A stretch of 38,475 nt of DNA from a virus (Duplodnaviria > Caudoviricetes). The notes under the pieces are model-generated. The model was not told the origin of the DNA. It saw only the letters and a program-made list of their open reading frames with translations, and searched no databases. Where the stretch lies: positions 1 to 38,475 of the IMG/VR virus record IMGVR_UViG_3300005512_000110, one strand, 5' to 3'. The position numbers and the translations under genes were made by a program. Positions 24,454 through 33,293 of this stretch are shown in pieces (the stretch's first letter is position 1; every line of letters begins with the position of its first letter).

Positions 24454-24855
24454 TTACGTGTGCCAGATTGCGAAGTCCATAGACACGCCGAACGTGTGGG
24501 TCTGCGACCCATCATCGGCGGCCTCAAAGTTGTAGCGCCGGTCCTGCATCAAGCAAGACCCAACCCCATTATCTGCGTCAGTCCAACCAACCAGCGCCGT
24601 CTCAATAGCGTCGCCGATTGCTTTTGCGCTCGCTTGTGTGGTTGCCCAGCAGCCGACCTGCACCAACATGCGGTGCGTCCCAGTGTCGCCAGTGCTATGG
24701 TTCTCCGGCACTTCGGCAACGACCTGATATACCGCAAGCGGGAGGTCGGCGGACTGTGGCGCGATTTGCGGATAGATGCGCGCCGACACGAGCGCAGTGA
24801 CCGCAGACGTTGCGACCAGCTTTGCATACAAGCCGTCTTCTACGGTGCTTGCCAT
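24454..24855 (-). CDS. Tail terminator (DUF3168-like)
   Basis: VTALVSARIYPQIAPQ...P..VY...VQVGCWA. Confidence 0.8.
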   Translation of the reverse strand: MASTVEDGLYAKLVATSAVTALVSARIYPQIAPQSADLPLAVYQVVAEVPENHSTGDTGTHRMLVQVGCWATTQASAKAIGDAIETALVGWTDADNGVGSCLMQDRRYNFEAADDGSQTHTFGVSMDFAIWHT

Positions 24856-25365
24856 CTATCGCACACCCTTCGGCGCTCGCTGCGCCCTCTGCTTGATGAG
24901 GTTCCACATCTTGTCGATTAGCATGCGCTGCGCGGGCCCTGCCATCTGCTCGAATGCGGGCCGCATGAACGGTTGGGCTGGCATGGCGCCAGTGTTGGTG
25001 ATGTACACCGCCCTGCCACCAAGCGTCGTTTTCCACCGCTTACCGAGCGGGATCAGGCGCGGAGGCGTGCCGTACTCGACCAGGTGTGCGTGGAATCCAG
25101 CTGTGACTTTTCCAGTCTTCTTTGACTCGCTCCTGCCATAGCGTGGCCTTACTGCGATTGCGGCGGGTTCGCCGCGCAATACCCGCGTGCCTATCGACCG
25201 CTTGAGAGCCCCCGTAATCTCTGGCACCAGCTCCTGGGCCCGCCTCTTGATTAGGTTTGCGGCCGGCCTGATCGCTTTTCGCTGCTCCTTAATCGGGATA
25301 TCCAGCTTAGCCAGGGCCCTGAGTAATTCCTTTTCGCCATGTAGGCCGATGCTCGCACCCATCAC
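24856..25365 (-). CDS. HK97 gp10-like tail completion protein
   Basis: GEKELLRAL...VPEITGALKRSI...HLVEYGT...MPAQPFMRPAF. Confidence 0.85.
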   Translation of the reverse strand: MMGASIGLHGEKELLRALAKLDIPIKEQRKAIRPAANLIKRRAQELVPEITGALKRSIGTRVLRGEPAAIAVRPRYGRSESKKTGKVTAGFHAHLVEYGTPPRLIPLGKRWKTTLGGRAVYITNTGAMPAQPFMRPAFEQMAGPAQRMLIDKMWNLIKQRAQRAPKGVR

Positions 25366-25679
25366 ACAGCCTCCGAGCAGATCAGCTGCAACTCCCGCCG
25401 ACGCTCGCCGGTCTCAATCACAGCCTCGATATTGAGGGTGCGACTATCGTGGCTCACGCGCATTTGCGGTGTCACGTCGCTGCGGTATCGCATCGTCACA
25501 CGGTGGCTAACCTGCACCTCTGGGCGCTGTGCGTCGATGAACTCTCTGCCGTTCAGCGGCTCGACGTTCGCCCACACCGTAGCCAGCGCCGACCATGTGC
25601 GCGTTACTTCACCGATGCTGTTGCGTGCCTCGGTGGCCTGCTGAATGGTCACACGATGTCGCAGTTTGCCTGCTCGCAT
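25362..25679 (-). CDS. Head closure protein (SPP1 gp16-like)
   Basis: MRAGKLRHRVTIQ...VWANVEPLNGRE...MRYRSDVTPQMRV. Confidence 0.9.
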   Translation of the reverse strand: MRAGKLRHRVTIQQATEARNSIGEVTRTWSALATVWANVEPLNGREFIDAQRPEVQVSHRVTMRYRSDVTPQMRVSHDSRTLNIEAVIETGERRRELQLICSEAV

Positions 25680-26254
25680 CAGACCTCCAATACGCGGTAT
25701 GGCCACAGCAGTGACTCGGTAGCGAACGGCACTTCGTTGAGCCGCACGTCGGCCACGGCCTCGCGGTTTTCATACCAGTGCCCAACCATCATCAACATCG
25801 CAACGCGGATCGGCTCTGGTACGTCAGTTGCCGCCGTGCCGTAGCCTGCGACAAACGTCACAACGATGTTGTTGTGGTCGCCACGGGTGCTTGGCCATGA
25901 CTCGCCATAAGCCAGGTCAATGCGCCCCGGGTCGCTGTTTGTGTCCGCACTGTAGCTATCGCTGCTGAACGTTTGCGTATCACCAGCCGTATCTGTGTAG
26001 GTGATAGACGTGACACTAGACAACGGTGGGCGGGGGCACACGATGAACGCGGGAAACTGGTCGAACTTAAGCGTGAACGTGGCCCGTACCAACTGCCGGT
26101 TCGTGATGTTCTCGGCGTGCGTGCGGGCCGCGATGATGTAGCTTTGCAGCAGCGCGTCATCGTCCGTCGTGTCGATGCGCAGGTGGTCACGCGCCTCGTC
26201 AACCGCGACAGGCTCAACCGATGGCGCTACGGTCTGTGTGAGTACACCAAACAT
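25679..26254 (-). CDS. Head-tail connector protein (gp6/gp15-like)
   Basis: EPVAVDEARDHLRID...VPEPIRVAMLMMVGHWYENRE. Confidence 0.9.
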   Translation of the reverse strand: MFGVLTQTVAPSVEPVAVDEARDHLRIDTTDDDALLQSYIIAARTHAENITNRQLVRATFTLKFDQFPAFIVCPRPPLSSVTSITYTDTAGDTQTFSSDSYSADTNSDPGRIDLAYGESWPSTRGDHNNIVVTFVAGYGTAATDVPEPIRVAMLMMVGHWYENREAVADVRLNEVPFATESLLWPYRVLEV

Positions 26255-26256
26255 GG

Positions 26257-26457
26257 TTAGCCCCTCTTGCGTTTGGTTCGTCGTGCGCGCTTCGTCTCAC
26301 GCGCGCCGCCCATCGCCATCGACGCGGTTTCGAGCAGGTCGTCAGCCGCCTCTACAGCGATGTTGCGCCGGATTAATGTGGTGCAAACACCGTCGTGCGT
26401 GGTCCACCTGTCGCCCGGCTTGAAACGCCGCCAGCCCCGCTCAAATACGATCGTCAT
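26257..26457 (-). CDS. Small hypothetical protein with basic C-terminus
   Basis: ATGA-coupled to upstream gene. Confidence 0.55.
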   Translation of the reverse strand: MTIVFERGWRRFKPGDRWTTHDGVCTTLIRRNIAVEAADDLLETASMAMGGARETKRARRTKRKRG

Positions 26458-27635
26458 CGCCATGCCGCCTCCGGTTTGCCGTGGTCCCAAAAGTTGCTTG
26501 GGTGTTGGTGTGTGGGGAAGAAGTCTTTATCTGGCCAGCGGATCATCAGTTCGCTGTGCCCAACTGTGACGTGGTTGGCGAGATAGAGCGAAAGACCTGC
26601 CTTTTCCATCTGTCGCCAGAACCAGATGTCATCGTCAACGCGACCCTCGGCCCACGCCATATTCTCGTCTGGTTTCGCCCAGAACCACGGTTTTTCAATC
26701 TGCTCGAACACGCGACGCCGAATGAGCGTCAGGCCGAAATGCGCCGTGGCGAGCTTCGTGAGTTCGCCGTCAAACATATCCCGCGTCACTTGCGACATGG
26801 GCTTGCCGTCATCGCCGTTGATAGTCATCAGCGGGAACGCGCCAGAACGGCTGGCCTGCAGGCTGGCGATTGCGTCGGCTTCGGGGTGCGCTCGCATGAG
26901 CCGAACAAGCTCCGCAACGTCGTCGCGCGTGAATATCGTGTCGTAGTCAATGGTGAGGATGGCATCGACATCGGGCTGCGCCTCGATCGTTTCCTCGATA
27001 CACCGCGTCAGGCACATACCCCAGAACGCGCCGGTATGTTTGCGGAGCGGAATCTTGTGCGGCATCAGCGCCTGGAACGCACAGAAATAGTTGTCAGTGA
27101 ACGCGAGGCGGGGCATTGACATGCACGCCGCGACACTGAACTCGGGCTTGTCAGCGCGCTTGTCCGTGGCAGGCTTGCGCCCCTGCAGGTTGAGGCTCAC
27201 TGGCATCGATGCGCAATCTTCGACCTCGCTGACCCACGGCCCAATGTCTACCAGCCCGGCAATCGATAGCAGCTCGCGCAACTTCTGCTCGTTGAACATC
27301 GCGCCGTGGTAGTCATTCGTGTCGCTATGGGCCCCGAACATGAACGCCTCGATACGCTGGTCGGTGCCCTCGTTGTAGTACTCTACGATCTTGTCGAAGT
27401 TGGGCACCGCGACCTTGAGCAGCCCGCCCGGCTTCAGCACCCTCACCCAATCGGCCAGCACCTGCTGGGTCTGCCGGTGGCTGAAGTGCTCCAGAATATG
27501 GCTTGCCCGCACTTCGCCTACCGACCCGTCTGGGTAGTCCAGCGGGTACACCTCTTTCCCGCAGAGCCGGTCAATCGGGGTGTAGCCCTCGATGCGGACG
27601 CTACCCGCACCTAGATCAAGTTTCGTCTCGCTCAT
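26454..27635 (-). CDS. Class I SAM methyltransferase - GT-A glycosyltransferase fusion
   Basis: N-term KLDLGAG, ASHILEH, RVLKPGGLLKVAVP; C-term DxD (TIDYDTIF), FGLTLIRRRVFEQIEKPWF, DDIWF, VGH. Confidence 0.8.
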   Translation of the reverse strand: MSETKLDLGAGSVRIEGYTPIDRLCGKEVYPLDYPDGSVGEVRASHILEHFSHRQTQQVLADWVRVLKPGGLLKVAVPNFDKIVEYYNEGTDQRIEAFMFGAHSDTNDYHGAMFNEQKLRELLSIAGLVDIGPWVSEVEDCASMPVSLNLQGRKPATDKRADKPEFSVAACMSMPRLAFTDNYFCAFQALMPHKIPLRKHTGAFWGMCLTRCIEETIEAQPDVDAILTIDYDTIFTRDDVAELVRLMRAHPEADAIASLQASRSGAFPLMTINGDDGKPMSQVTRDMFDGELTKLATAHFGLTLIRRRVFEQIEKPWFWAKPDENMAWAEGRVDDDIWFWRQMEKAGLSLYLANHVTVGHSELMIRWPDKDFFPTHQHPSNFWDHGKPEAAWR

Positions 27636-28774
27636 GTGGTCCCTCGTCTCGCTGTGATTTGAAAGCCGTCACTAACTGGCCTGTCGGATACCGCAAGGAT
27701 GTAGCCGCCGCCGCCGGCGCCGCATAGCTTCGCGCCGCATGTCTCGCGCTGTACTGCCTGCACCCGCTCAAGCACTTCGCCCTGTGCCATAAGTGGGAAC
27801 ATCGCGCGCTGAGCGTCAAACGAGTCGGTGATTGCGCGGCCTAGTGCCGCTGTGTCGCGACTGGCGCATGCCTCCCAGCAACAGAGGGACGCTTGGGCGA
27901 GTTTGCGCACACGCCTAAAGCCAGTGCGTCGCTTACGCAGCACCTTGAAACCATCCTCCCGCTCTGGCAACTCAACCAACCACAACACTCGGTCCAGCCA
28001 CGATAGCGTCCGCTCGTCAATGCACTGGGCTGTGTACTTCGGCCAGTATTCGCCGTCGTACCACAGTTGCATAAGCCCAGCGGCAACGATGCCGATTGCG
28101 TCTTGCGACCCCGCAACCTCGGGTGTACCGGGTGGGTTCTCTGCGCCGAACAGATTGCGGGCAATTTCCAACCTGTCGCCATCCGGCAACCCGCTACCCC
28201 ACATCTGACGCGCCTTTTCGCGTGTGCTGGTCGCCATGCCGCTGCGGTGGTTAAACTCGCGCGTCGGCTCGATGCTCAGCGTGATGACCGAACCCGGCGC
28301 GTGTTGGCTTACCCACGGCTGGTCAAGCCACCCGCCAGCCAGGTCGATACGGTACGGAATCTCGCACACGCCACGCAGGGCCGTTGTTGACCGCGCCGGC
28401 AGCCCTTTATGTGGATCCCTCGGAAGCACGACGTAGCCTATGCCACGATCCGCACACACTTGGTGCTTGGCCCACGTTTCGCCGTCATCGTTGACGATAA
28501 AGAGGTCGGGCTTGATACGGTCCATGTCGGGCAGGAAGTCCAGTTGCCCTGTGCCGCTCGCCACGAACGCATCACAGACGCACGACAATGCCCGCAGCAT
28601 AAACACCCGCTCGTCTTGCCCGCATACCGGCCGCTTGCCCTTGAGGCCCACCACCGTCGCGTCAGAGCCAACAGAGACGTACAGGTCGCCGTAGACGGCT
28701 GCGCGTTGCAGAAACTCAACGTGGCCGCTGTGCAGCAGGTCAAAGCACCCGGACACCAGCGCGCGCCGCCTCAT
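27632..28774 (-). CDS. HxGH nucleotidyltransferase (RfaE-like) - GHMP sugar kinase (HddA-like) fusion
   Basis: SGCFDLLHSGHVEFL, RSTT; PYRIDLAGGWLD, SGMATS, GSQD, GAKLCGAGGGGY. Confidence 0.88.
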   Translation of the reverse strand: MRRRALVSGCFDLLHSGHVEFLQRAAVYGDLYVSVGSDATVVGLKGKRPVCGQDERVFMLRALSCVCDAFVASGTGQLDFLPDMDRIKPDLFIVNDDGETWAKHQVCADRGIGYVVLPRDPHKGLPARSTTALRGVCEIPYRIDLAGGWLDQPWVSQHAPGSVITLSIEPTREFNHRSGMATSTREKARQMWGSGLPDGDRLEIARNLFGAENPPGTPEVAGSQDAIGIVAAGLMQLWYDGEYWPKYTAQCIDERTLSWLDRVLWLVELPEREDGFKVLRKRRTGFRRVRKLAQASLCCWEACASRDTAALGRAITDSFDAQRAMFPLMAQGEVLERVQAVQRETCGAKLCGAGGGGYILAVSDRPVSDGFQITARRGTT

Positions 28775-29373
28775 AGCGCCACCTCCACGCTATGCCCGCC
28801 CGCGCAGTAGTCGTGGTTGATGACAGGCTCAACATCGGGCCAGTGCCTTTCCATGCGGTTGTACTCGCGCGGAAGCCACAGCACATTTACCGGCGGGCGG
28901 TCGCGGCCGTACACGCGGTCAAGCACGGGGTCTGTGCTGGGCTCACTTTCGGCGTCCATTGGTTTCGTGCATTCGGCATACCAGCGCATCAGCAATTCGC
29001 ACGCTGGTGCGGTGTAGCCGAACAGCATCACACCGCCGCTTACCACCAGACGCCGCGGGTCATAGCTGGCGGCAATCACGTTGCCTGGATCAGCCGCCCA
29101 GTTGTACGCGGCGAAGTCAGCGGACGTGCCGAATAGCAGCGTCGGTAGTTGCACGACCTCGCAATCGACATCTAGCCACACAACCGTCTCGCGCGCCCTG
29201 AATAGCGCCTGAATGACCCACAACGGCTTTTGTCGTTCGACCTCAATCCAAGGCCCGCTGGCCTCTACAGGCTCAACCTGGTGCCGCAACCCAAACCGAT
29301 CGCACGACACGCGAAGTTTCTGAGCAAGCGCCGGGTAGTTTCCGTTTGTTGTGTAGCGAGAGACTACGAGCAT
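28771..29373 (-). CDS. Nucleotide-diphospho-sugar transferase (GT-A fold)
   Basis: KP..I...VVWLDVD, VSGGVMLF, LPREYN, VINH; GGAGG RBS before 29373. Confidence 0.75.
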   Translation of the reverse strand: MLVVSRYTTNGNYPALAQKLRVSCDRFGLRHQVEPVEASGPWIEVERQKPLWVIQALFRARETVVWLDVDCEVVQLPTLLFGTSADFAAYNWAADPGNVIAASYDPRRLVVSGGVMLFGYTAPACELLMRWYAECTKPMDAESEPSTDPVLDRVYGRDRPPVNVLWLPREYNRMERHWPDVEPVINHDYCAGGHSVEVAL

Positions 29374-30086
29374 GGCTCGCCCTCCCGACTGTAGCCAAGC
29401 AGTTGCATGGCTTGCCCGTGGCGCCGCCAGAACCGCTCGTGCTGCGCGTCGCTCAACTCGTCGCGCCAGCCGCCAACCTTGCCGCGCCTGAAAAAGTGCG
29501 GCGACTGCTTGTGTAGGCTGGCAAAGTCGCGCAGTTCGGAGTCCGCGTTTCGCAACCCATGTTCCCACCCGACGAACGCCGCGACCGCTGCAGCAACAAT
29601 CTTCGGGAAGCGGATCAGGTATTCAAACCACACAGTCAGCGTGCGGCTCGACGGCCGGCGCTGCCATACGATTGTGTGCAGCGACCAGTCCCACACGGTG
29701 CGTTTGGGGTCGAACGTGGGCAACACACCATCAACAGCCAGGTCAAGCGCTTCCCCAAACGGCCTACCATCAACATGCGACCGGCCCAGGTCTGCGTCAT
29801 AGTGGGCGTGGCTCACAATCGCGTCGCGCCCGTCACGCACTAGGTGTATCGCCTTGTTGCCGGTTTGCGCGTGTTTCAGTTCGTGTGTCTTGACGAACAG
29901 CGCCGGCAAGCTTGGCGTCACGTTTTCCGGGAACCGTCCAGACATCTCCGGCATGTTGGGCGTCGAAATACTGTCCGTCGGTTCCGCGTACACACTGAAC
30001 GTCGGCACGCCAAGCGTCTCGCTAAGCACATGCCGCAGGAATGTAACGCCAGACCTCGGGTAACTCGCCAACCAAATCGGTTGCAT
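29364..30086 (-). CDS. PAPS-dependent sulfotransferase
   Basis: 5'-PSB LASYPRSGVTFLR, VKTH, 3'-PB HLVRDGRDAIVS, C-term FFRRGKVGGW. Confidence 0.92.
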   Translation of the reverse strand: MQPIWLASYPRSGVTFLRHVLSETLGVPTFSVYAEPTDSISTPNMPEMSGRFPENVTPSLPALFVKTHELKHAQTGNKAIHLVRDGRDAIVSHAHYDADLGRSHVDGRPFGEALDLAVDGVLPTFDPKRTVWDWSLHTIVWQRRPSSRTLTVWFEYLIRFPKIVAAAVAAFVGWEHGLRNADSELRDFASLHKQSPHFFRRGKVGGWRDELSDAQHERFWRRHGQAMQLLGYSREGEPCS

Positions 30087-30115
30087 TGTTCGCCTCGCTA
30101 AAGGCGCGGTCGGCC

Positions 30116-30147
30116 CGCTGGGCCGGGCCCGAAGACCCGACCCAGCG
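30116..30147 (-). promoter_or_regulatory. 14-bp hairpin with C(UUCG)G tetraloop
   Basis: Minus strand CGCTGGGTCGGGTC-TTCG-GGCCCGGCCCAGCG (two G-U pairs). Confidence 0.65.
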
Positions 30148-30171
30148 AGACGAAACCGCTATTGCCACCGG

Positions 30172-30609
30172 TCAGCCTTCGACAAGGGCCTTGACCGACG
30201 CCGTGGTCGTGTTGACCGGCGTAGTCTCACCCTTGAACAGGTTGCCAATGGCGGTGATGACCTGAGTGGTGAGCGGCGAAACGCTCACGAACAGATAGCG
30301 CTTGCGCGGCCTCAGATCAACATTGAACTTCACGCCCCAGTTGCCCGAGGTGACACTGGCCGGGATCGTAAACCCGTCCGAGTCGTCGCCCGTGAACGCA
30401 TCGATAGCCGACGCCGAACTGATAACAGTCGTGTCGCCCTCGGTGAGCTTCAGGACGCTCGGGTTGTTGGTCGTGTCGTCGGAAGTGCTGGTGATGACAT
30501 CCAACGAGAGGAAGTCATAGCCCAGCGTGTCGATTCGCCCAGTAGCCGTCGCAGCATTGGTCGTGCTGGCCTGGCTGATGGCGATCACCTGTTTGGATGC
30601 AGGTTGCAT
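30172..30609 (-). CDS. Putative capsid decoration/cement protein, Ser/Thr-rich
   Basis: Directly after capsid gene with AAGGAGG RBS; IDTLGYD...DLRPRKRYL. Confidence 0.6.
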   Translation of the reverse strand: MQPASKQVIAISQASTTNAATATGRIDTLGYDFLSLDVITSTSDDTTNNPSVLKLTEGDTTVISSASAIDAFTGDDSDGFTIPASVTSGNWGVKFNVDLRPRKRYLFVSVSPLTTQVITAIGNLFKGETTPVNTTTASVKALVEG

Positions 30610-30621
30610 AGTCAGCCTCCT

Positions 30622-31992
30622 TTAGCTACCGGGGGTCTTGAGCACGATCAGGGAGCCAGCCGTAGAGGCGTCGCCCAGTTCATGCACGTTGATGTCGAAC
30701 CGCGTTGTGGCCTGAATGCCAATCTGGTCGTACTCCGCATACCGCTCCATCAGCGGGCGGATACGAATACCGCGACGCGAACCGAGTGTCGCAGCCTGAC
30801 GCAGATCGCCAAACAGGAGGTGTGCGGTACTGGTTGACGCGGTGAGCGTCTTGAACAGCACCTGCGAAATCACAACGGGGTATCCCAGGAACGACAGGCC
30901 AGAGCCAGCAGCGATGTTGGCAGACGTGTTGCCGCCAGCAACGTCCGCGAGCCGCGCCATTGACGCAGCCCAACCGGCCTTAGAGATGTACCACTTGGCG
31001 TTCGCTTCCGCATACTGTGGGAGCTTACCAACCATCGCCTCGAAATCGGCGAGGTCGAGCACACTGAAATACGTGTTGCCCGAAATTGCGTCGTACACGG
31101 TGCCGGCGTGGTTACCGTCAACCGACTTCACCATGGCACCGTAGCAACCGTGGTACGTCGAGGTTCCGTCGCCGTTGAACCCGCACTCGTCTTCCTTGTC
31201 GGCAAACGCATAGCCGATCTCAGCAGCGACGAAGCTCGACAGGTCAATCACCGAATCCTCGTCGAGTTCGCTGGACATCTTCACCAGCACGCCCCACTTG
31301 CGGGCGACCAGTGAGATGGCATCGAACGCGGGGTCGGACGCGGTAATCTCGGCATTTTCGCCGAGAGGGTAGGCAGTCACGCCGCCAGTGCGCCGAGGCA
31401 CGTCGCGGGTGTCACTGCCCATGTTGACAACCTGGGCTTCACGGCGGAACACGCCGCGGGTCTCACGCAGGTTGATGATGGCGGTTTCGAGTTCGGTCGG
31501 CACAAGGACGCCGCCCTTATCGTTGACGCCACCAGCCAGGGCGCGGGTATCCACGCCATTGTCACGGCACCACTGGTATGCGGAACCGTTGCCGAATGCG
31601 GCACGCAGCCACATGCCGGACTTGTACGCATTCTCAGCCGCGTCGTTGCCGCTGCCAAACCCGCGAATTTCGCCAGGCACGGGAGCCGTTACCCACGGCT
31701 TCTCGCGCTCACGAGTCTTGGGCTTGTCGGTCGGCTCGACGGGCCGGGTACTGCGATCTTCGGGCGCGTCCAGACTGTCGGCCGCGTCGGCCAGGCGAGC
31801 GCTTCGCGCCTCGTCGGTTTCTGCGGCGTCGATCTGCGCCTTCAGTTCGTCGGCGGCGTCCATGAGTTGGTCGGCTTTCGACTTGTCGTCGTCACTAACC
31901 TCGGCACGGGCCTCGCCGTCCTCCTGATACAGGAGGGCGCGTGCGTCCGCGATCGCTTTCGCGCGGGCGTCACGCAGTTCTTGCAAGGTCAT
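30622..31992 (-). CDS. Major capsid protein, HK97 fold
   Basis: N-terminal coiled-coil delta domain; GGVLVP, SSELDEDS, FNGDG, FLGYPV, LFGDL, RFD. Confidence 0.95.
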   Translation of the reverse strand: MTLQELRDARAKAIADARALLYQEDGEARAEVSDDDKSKADQLMDAADELKAQIDAAETDEARSARLADAADSLDAPEDRSTRPVEPTDKPKTREREKPWVTAPVPGEIRGFGSGNDAAENAYKSGMWLRAAFGNGSAYQWCRDNGVDTRALAGGVNDKGGVLVPTELETAIINLRETRGVFRREAQVVNMGSDTRDVPRRTGGVTAYPLGENAEITASDPAFDAISLVARKWGVLVKMSSELDEDSVIDLSSFVAAEIGYAFADKEDECGFNGDGTSTYHGCYGAMVKSVDGNHAGTVYDAISGNTYFSVLDLADFEAMVGKLPQYAEANAKWYISKAGWAASMARLADVAGGNTSANIAAGSGLSFLGYPVVISQVLFKTLTASTSTAHLLFGDLRQAATLGSRRGIRIRPLMERYAEYDQIGIQATTRFDINVHELGDASTAGSLIVLKTPGS

Positions 31993-32118
31993 AATTGACC
32001 CCCCGGTTTACGAACAATGGTTTGAGCGAGTAGCCAGCCCAAAGGGCGTGGCGGTTGCGCTGTTGCCGCTCCGGTGCGCTTTCCCAAGGTCAGCGCGCCC
32101 GTGCGACCTGACGCTATA

Positions 32119-32694
32119 TCAGACGGATTCCACCAGCCGCAGACGCAATCGCGCCGCTTCGGCGTCACCCGCTTGAGTCTCGTTGCGGTGCTGGTCGAGT
32201 GATCGCAGGCCGACCGACGTATCGGGATACGCCGGGAACGTCACTGGCGAAACCTCGAACAGCTCAACCTTGTGCAGTTCTCGAACCTCCTGCCCGTCCT
32301 CAGTGTGCCAGGCGTCCTCGATAGTGCGAAACGCGAAACTCATGCCGTCCACGTCGCCCCGCTTGATGCTCTCGGCAATGTCGCGGCCGGCTGTGGTGTC
32401 GGGCGGCTTGATGTTGATCTTCAAGCCCTTGGAGTTCTGCTCCAGCTTTAGTGTGCCGTTGGTCGTGCGCCCGATGGGCTTCCCGCTATCGTGGTCGACC
32501 AGCGCGCGAATGTCTGCGCCTTCGGCCATCGCGCCGTCAAACGCACCGGGCATGATCTTCTCGCGGAAGCCGCCAAGATCCTCGCTCATCTTGTTGAACA
32601 TCGCGGCATACCCAACGATGCGCGGCGCGGTTTCACCTTCGCGGGTTTCAAGTTCCAGCCCGGTCGGCAACGTGCGTGTCTCTCTGTCGCTCAT
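32119..32694 (-). CDS. HK97-family prohead protease
   Basis: IVGYAAMFN...FREKIMPGAF...DHD...GMSFAF...LFEVSPVTFPAYPDT. Confidence 0.95.
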   Translation of the reverse strand: MSDRETRTLPTGLELETREGETAPRIVGYAAMFNKMSEDLGGFREKIMPGAFDGAMAEGADIRALVDHDSGKPIGRTTNGTLKLEQNSKGLKINIKPPDTTAGRDIAESIKRGDVDGMSFAFRTIEDAWHTEDGQEVRELHKVELFEVSPVTFPAYPDTSVGLRSLDQHRNETQAGDAEAARLRLRLVESV

Positions 32695-32705
32695 ATCAAC
32701 CCCCG

Positions 32706-33293
32706 TTAGTCAGACTCAATCGCCGACCGGACAGTGATCCTGTCAAATCGGATGTCGGCAAGCGTATCGTCTTCGGCGTCGAACGTCACGCCAACCGCGA
32801 TGTATGTGATTGCAGACGGATCACAGCCGGTGCCGGTGGTAACGCCGGCGGCCCACGCGACCTTGATTTCCTGCCATGCCGCGCCGGTAATATCAGTGTC
32901 CGCGATGCTGAACGTGGCGTAATTGCTGGAATCAGTACCGAGCCGGATGAACGCATTGGCGATGTCGGTGGTTGCCGACACCTTGATGTATCCAGTCACG
33001 TAGCAGTGCGGGCCGAGGCGGCTGATATCAACCGATGTGATGGTCTTGGAGGCACCAGCGACAGCGGAGCCGGCGGCGCCGTCAACTTTGTCGAACTCAA
33101 GAGACTTCGTGCCCCAAACGTGATCGTTGTCAACAGCCAGGCCGGTCGTGTCGTTGCCAAATGCAGTCCAGCCGGCGACGGCAGACAAGCTGTCTATCAG
33201 CTCAAAGTCGGGCAGCGTCTGAACGATCAGCACCTCATCACTGCCGACAGTGCGTGACGCAATGCTGCCGATTGGTAGTTGCAGTCCCATCAA
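32706..33293 (-). CDS. Hypothetical protein, possible carbohydrate-binding jelly-roll
   Basis: GTKSLEF...SVDIS...IRLG...AWQEIKV...DPSAITYIAV...DIRFDRITV pattern. Confidence 0.5.
   Translation of the reverse strand: MMGLQLPIGSIASRTVGSDEVLIVQTLPDFELIDSLSAVAGWTAFGNDTTGLAVDNDHVWGTKSLEFDKVDGAAGSAVAGASKTITSVDISRLGPHCYVTGYIKVSATTDIANAFIRLGTDSSNYATFSIADTDITGAAWQEIKVAWAAGVTTGTGCDPSAITYIAVGVTFDAEDDTLADIRFDRITVRSAIESD

Noticed and set aside
26454-27635. DNA methyltransferase
   Set aside because: No DPPY/NPPY or PCQ catalytic motif; it resembles small-molecule/glycan methyltransferases and is fused to a glycosyltransferase.
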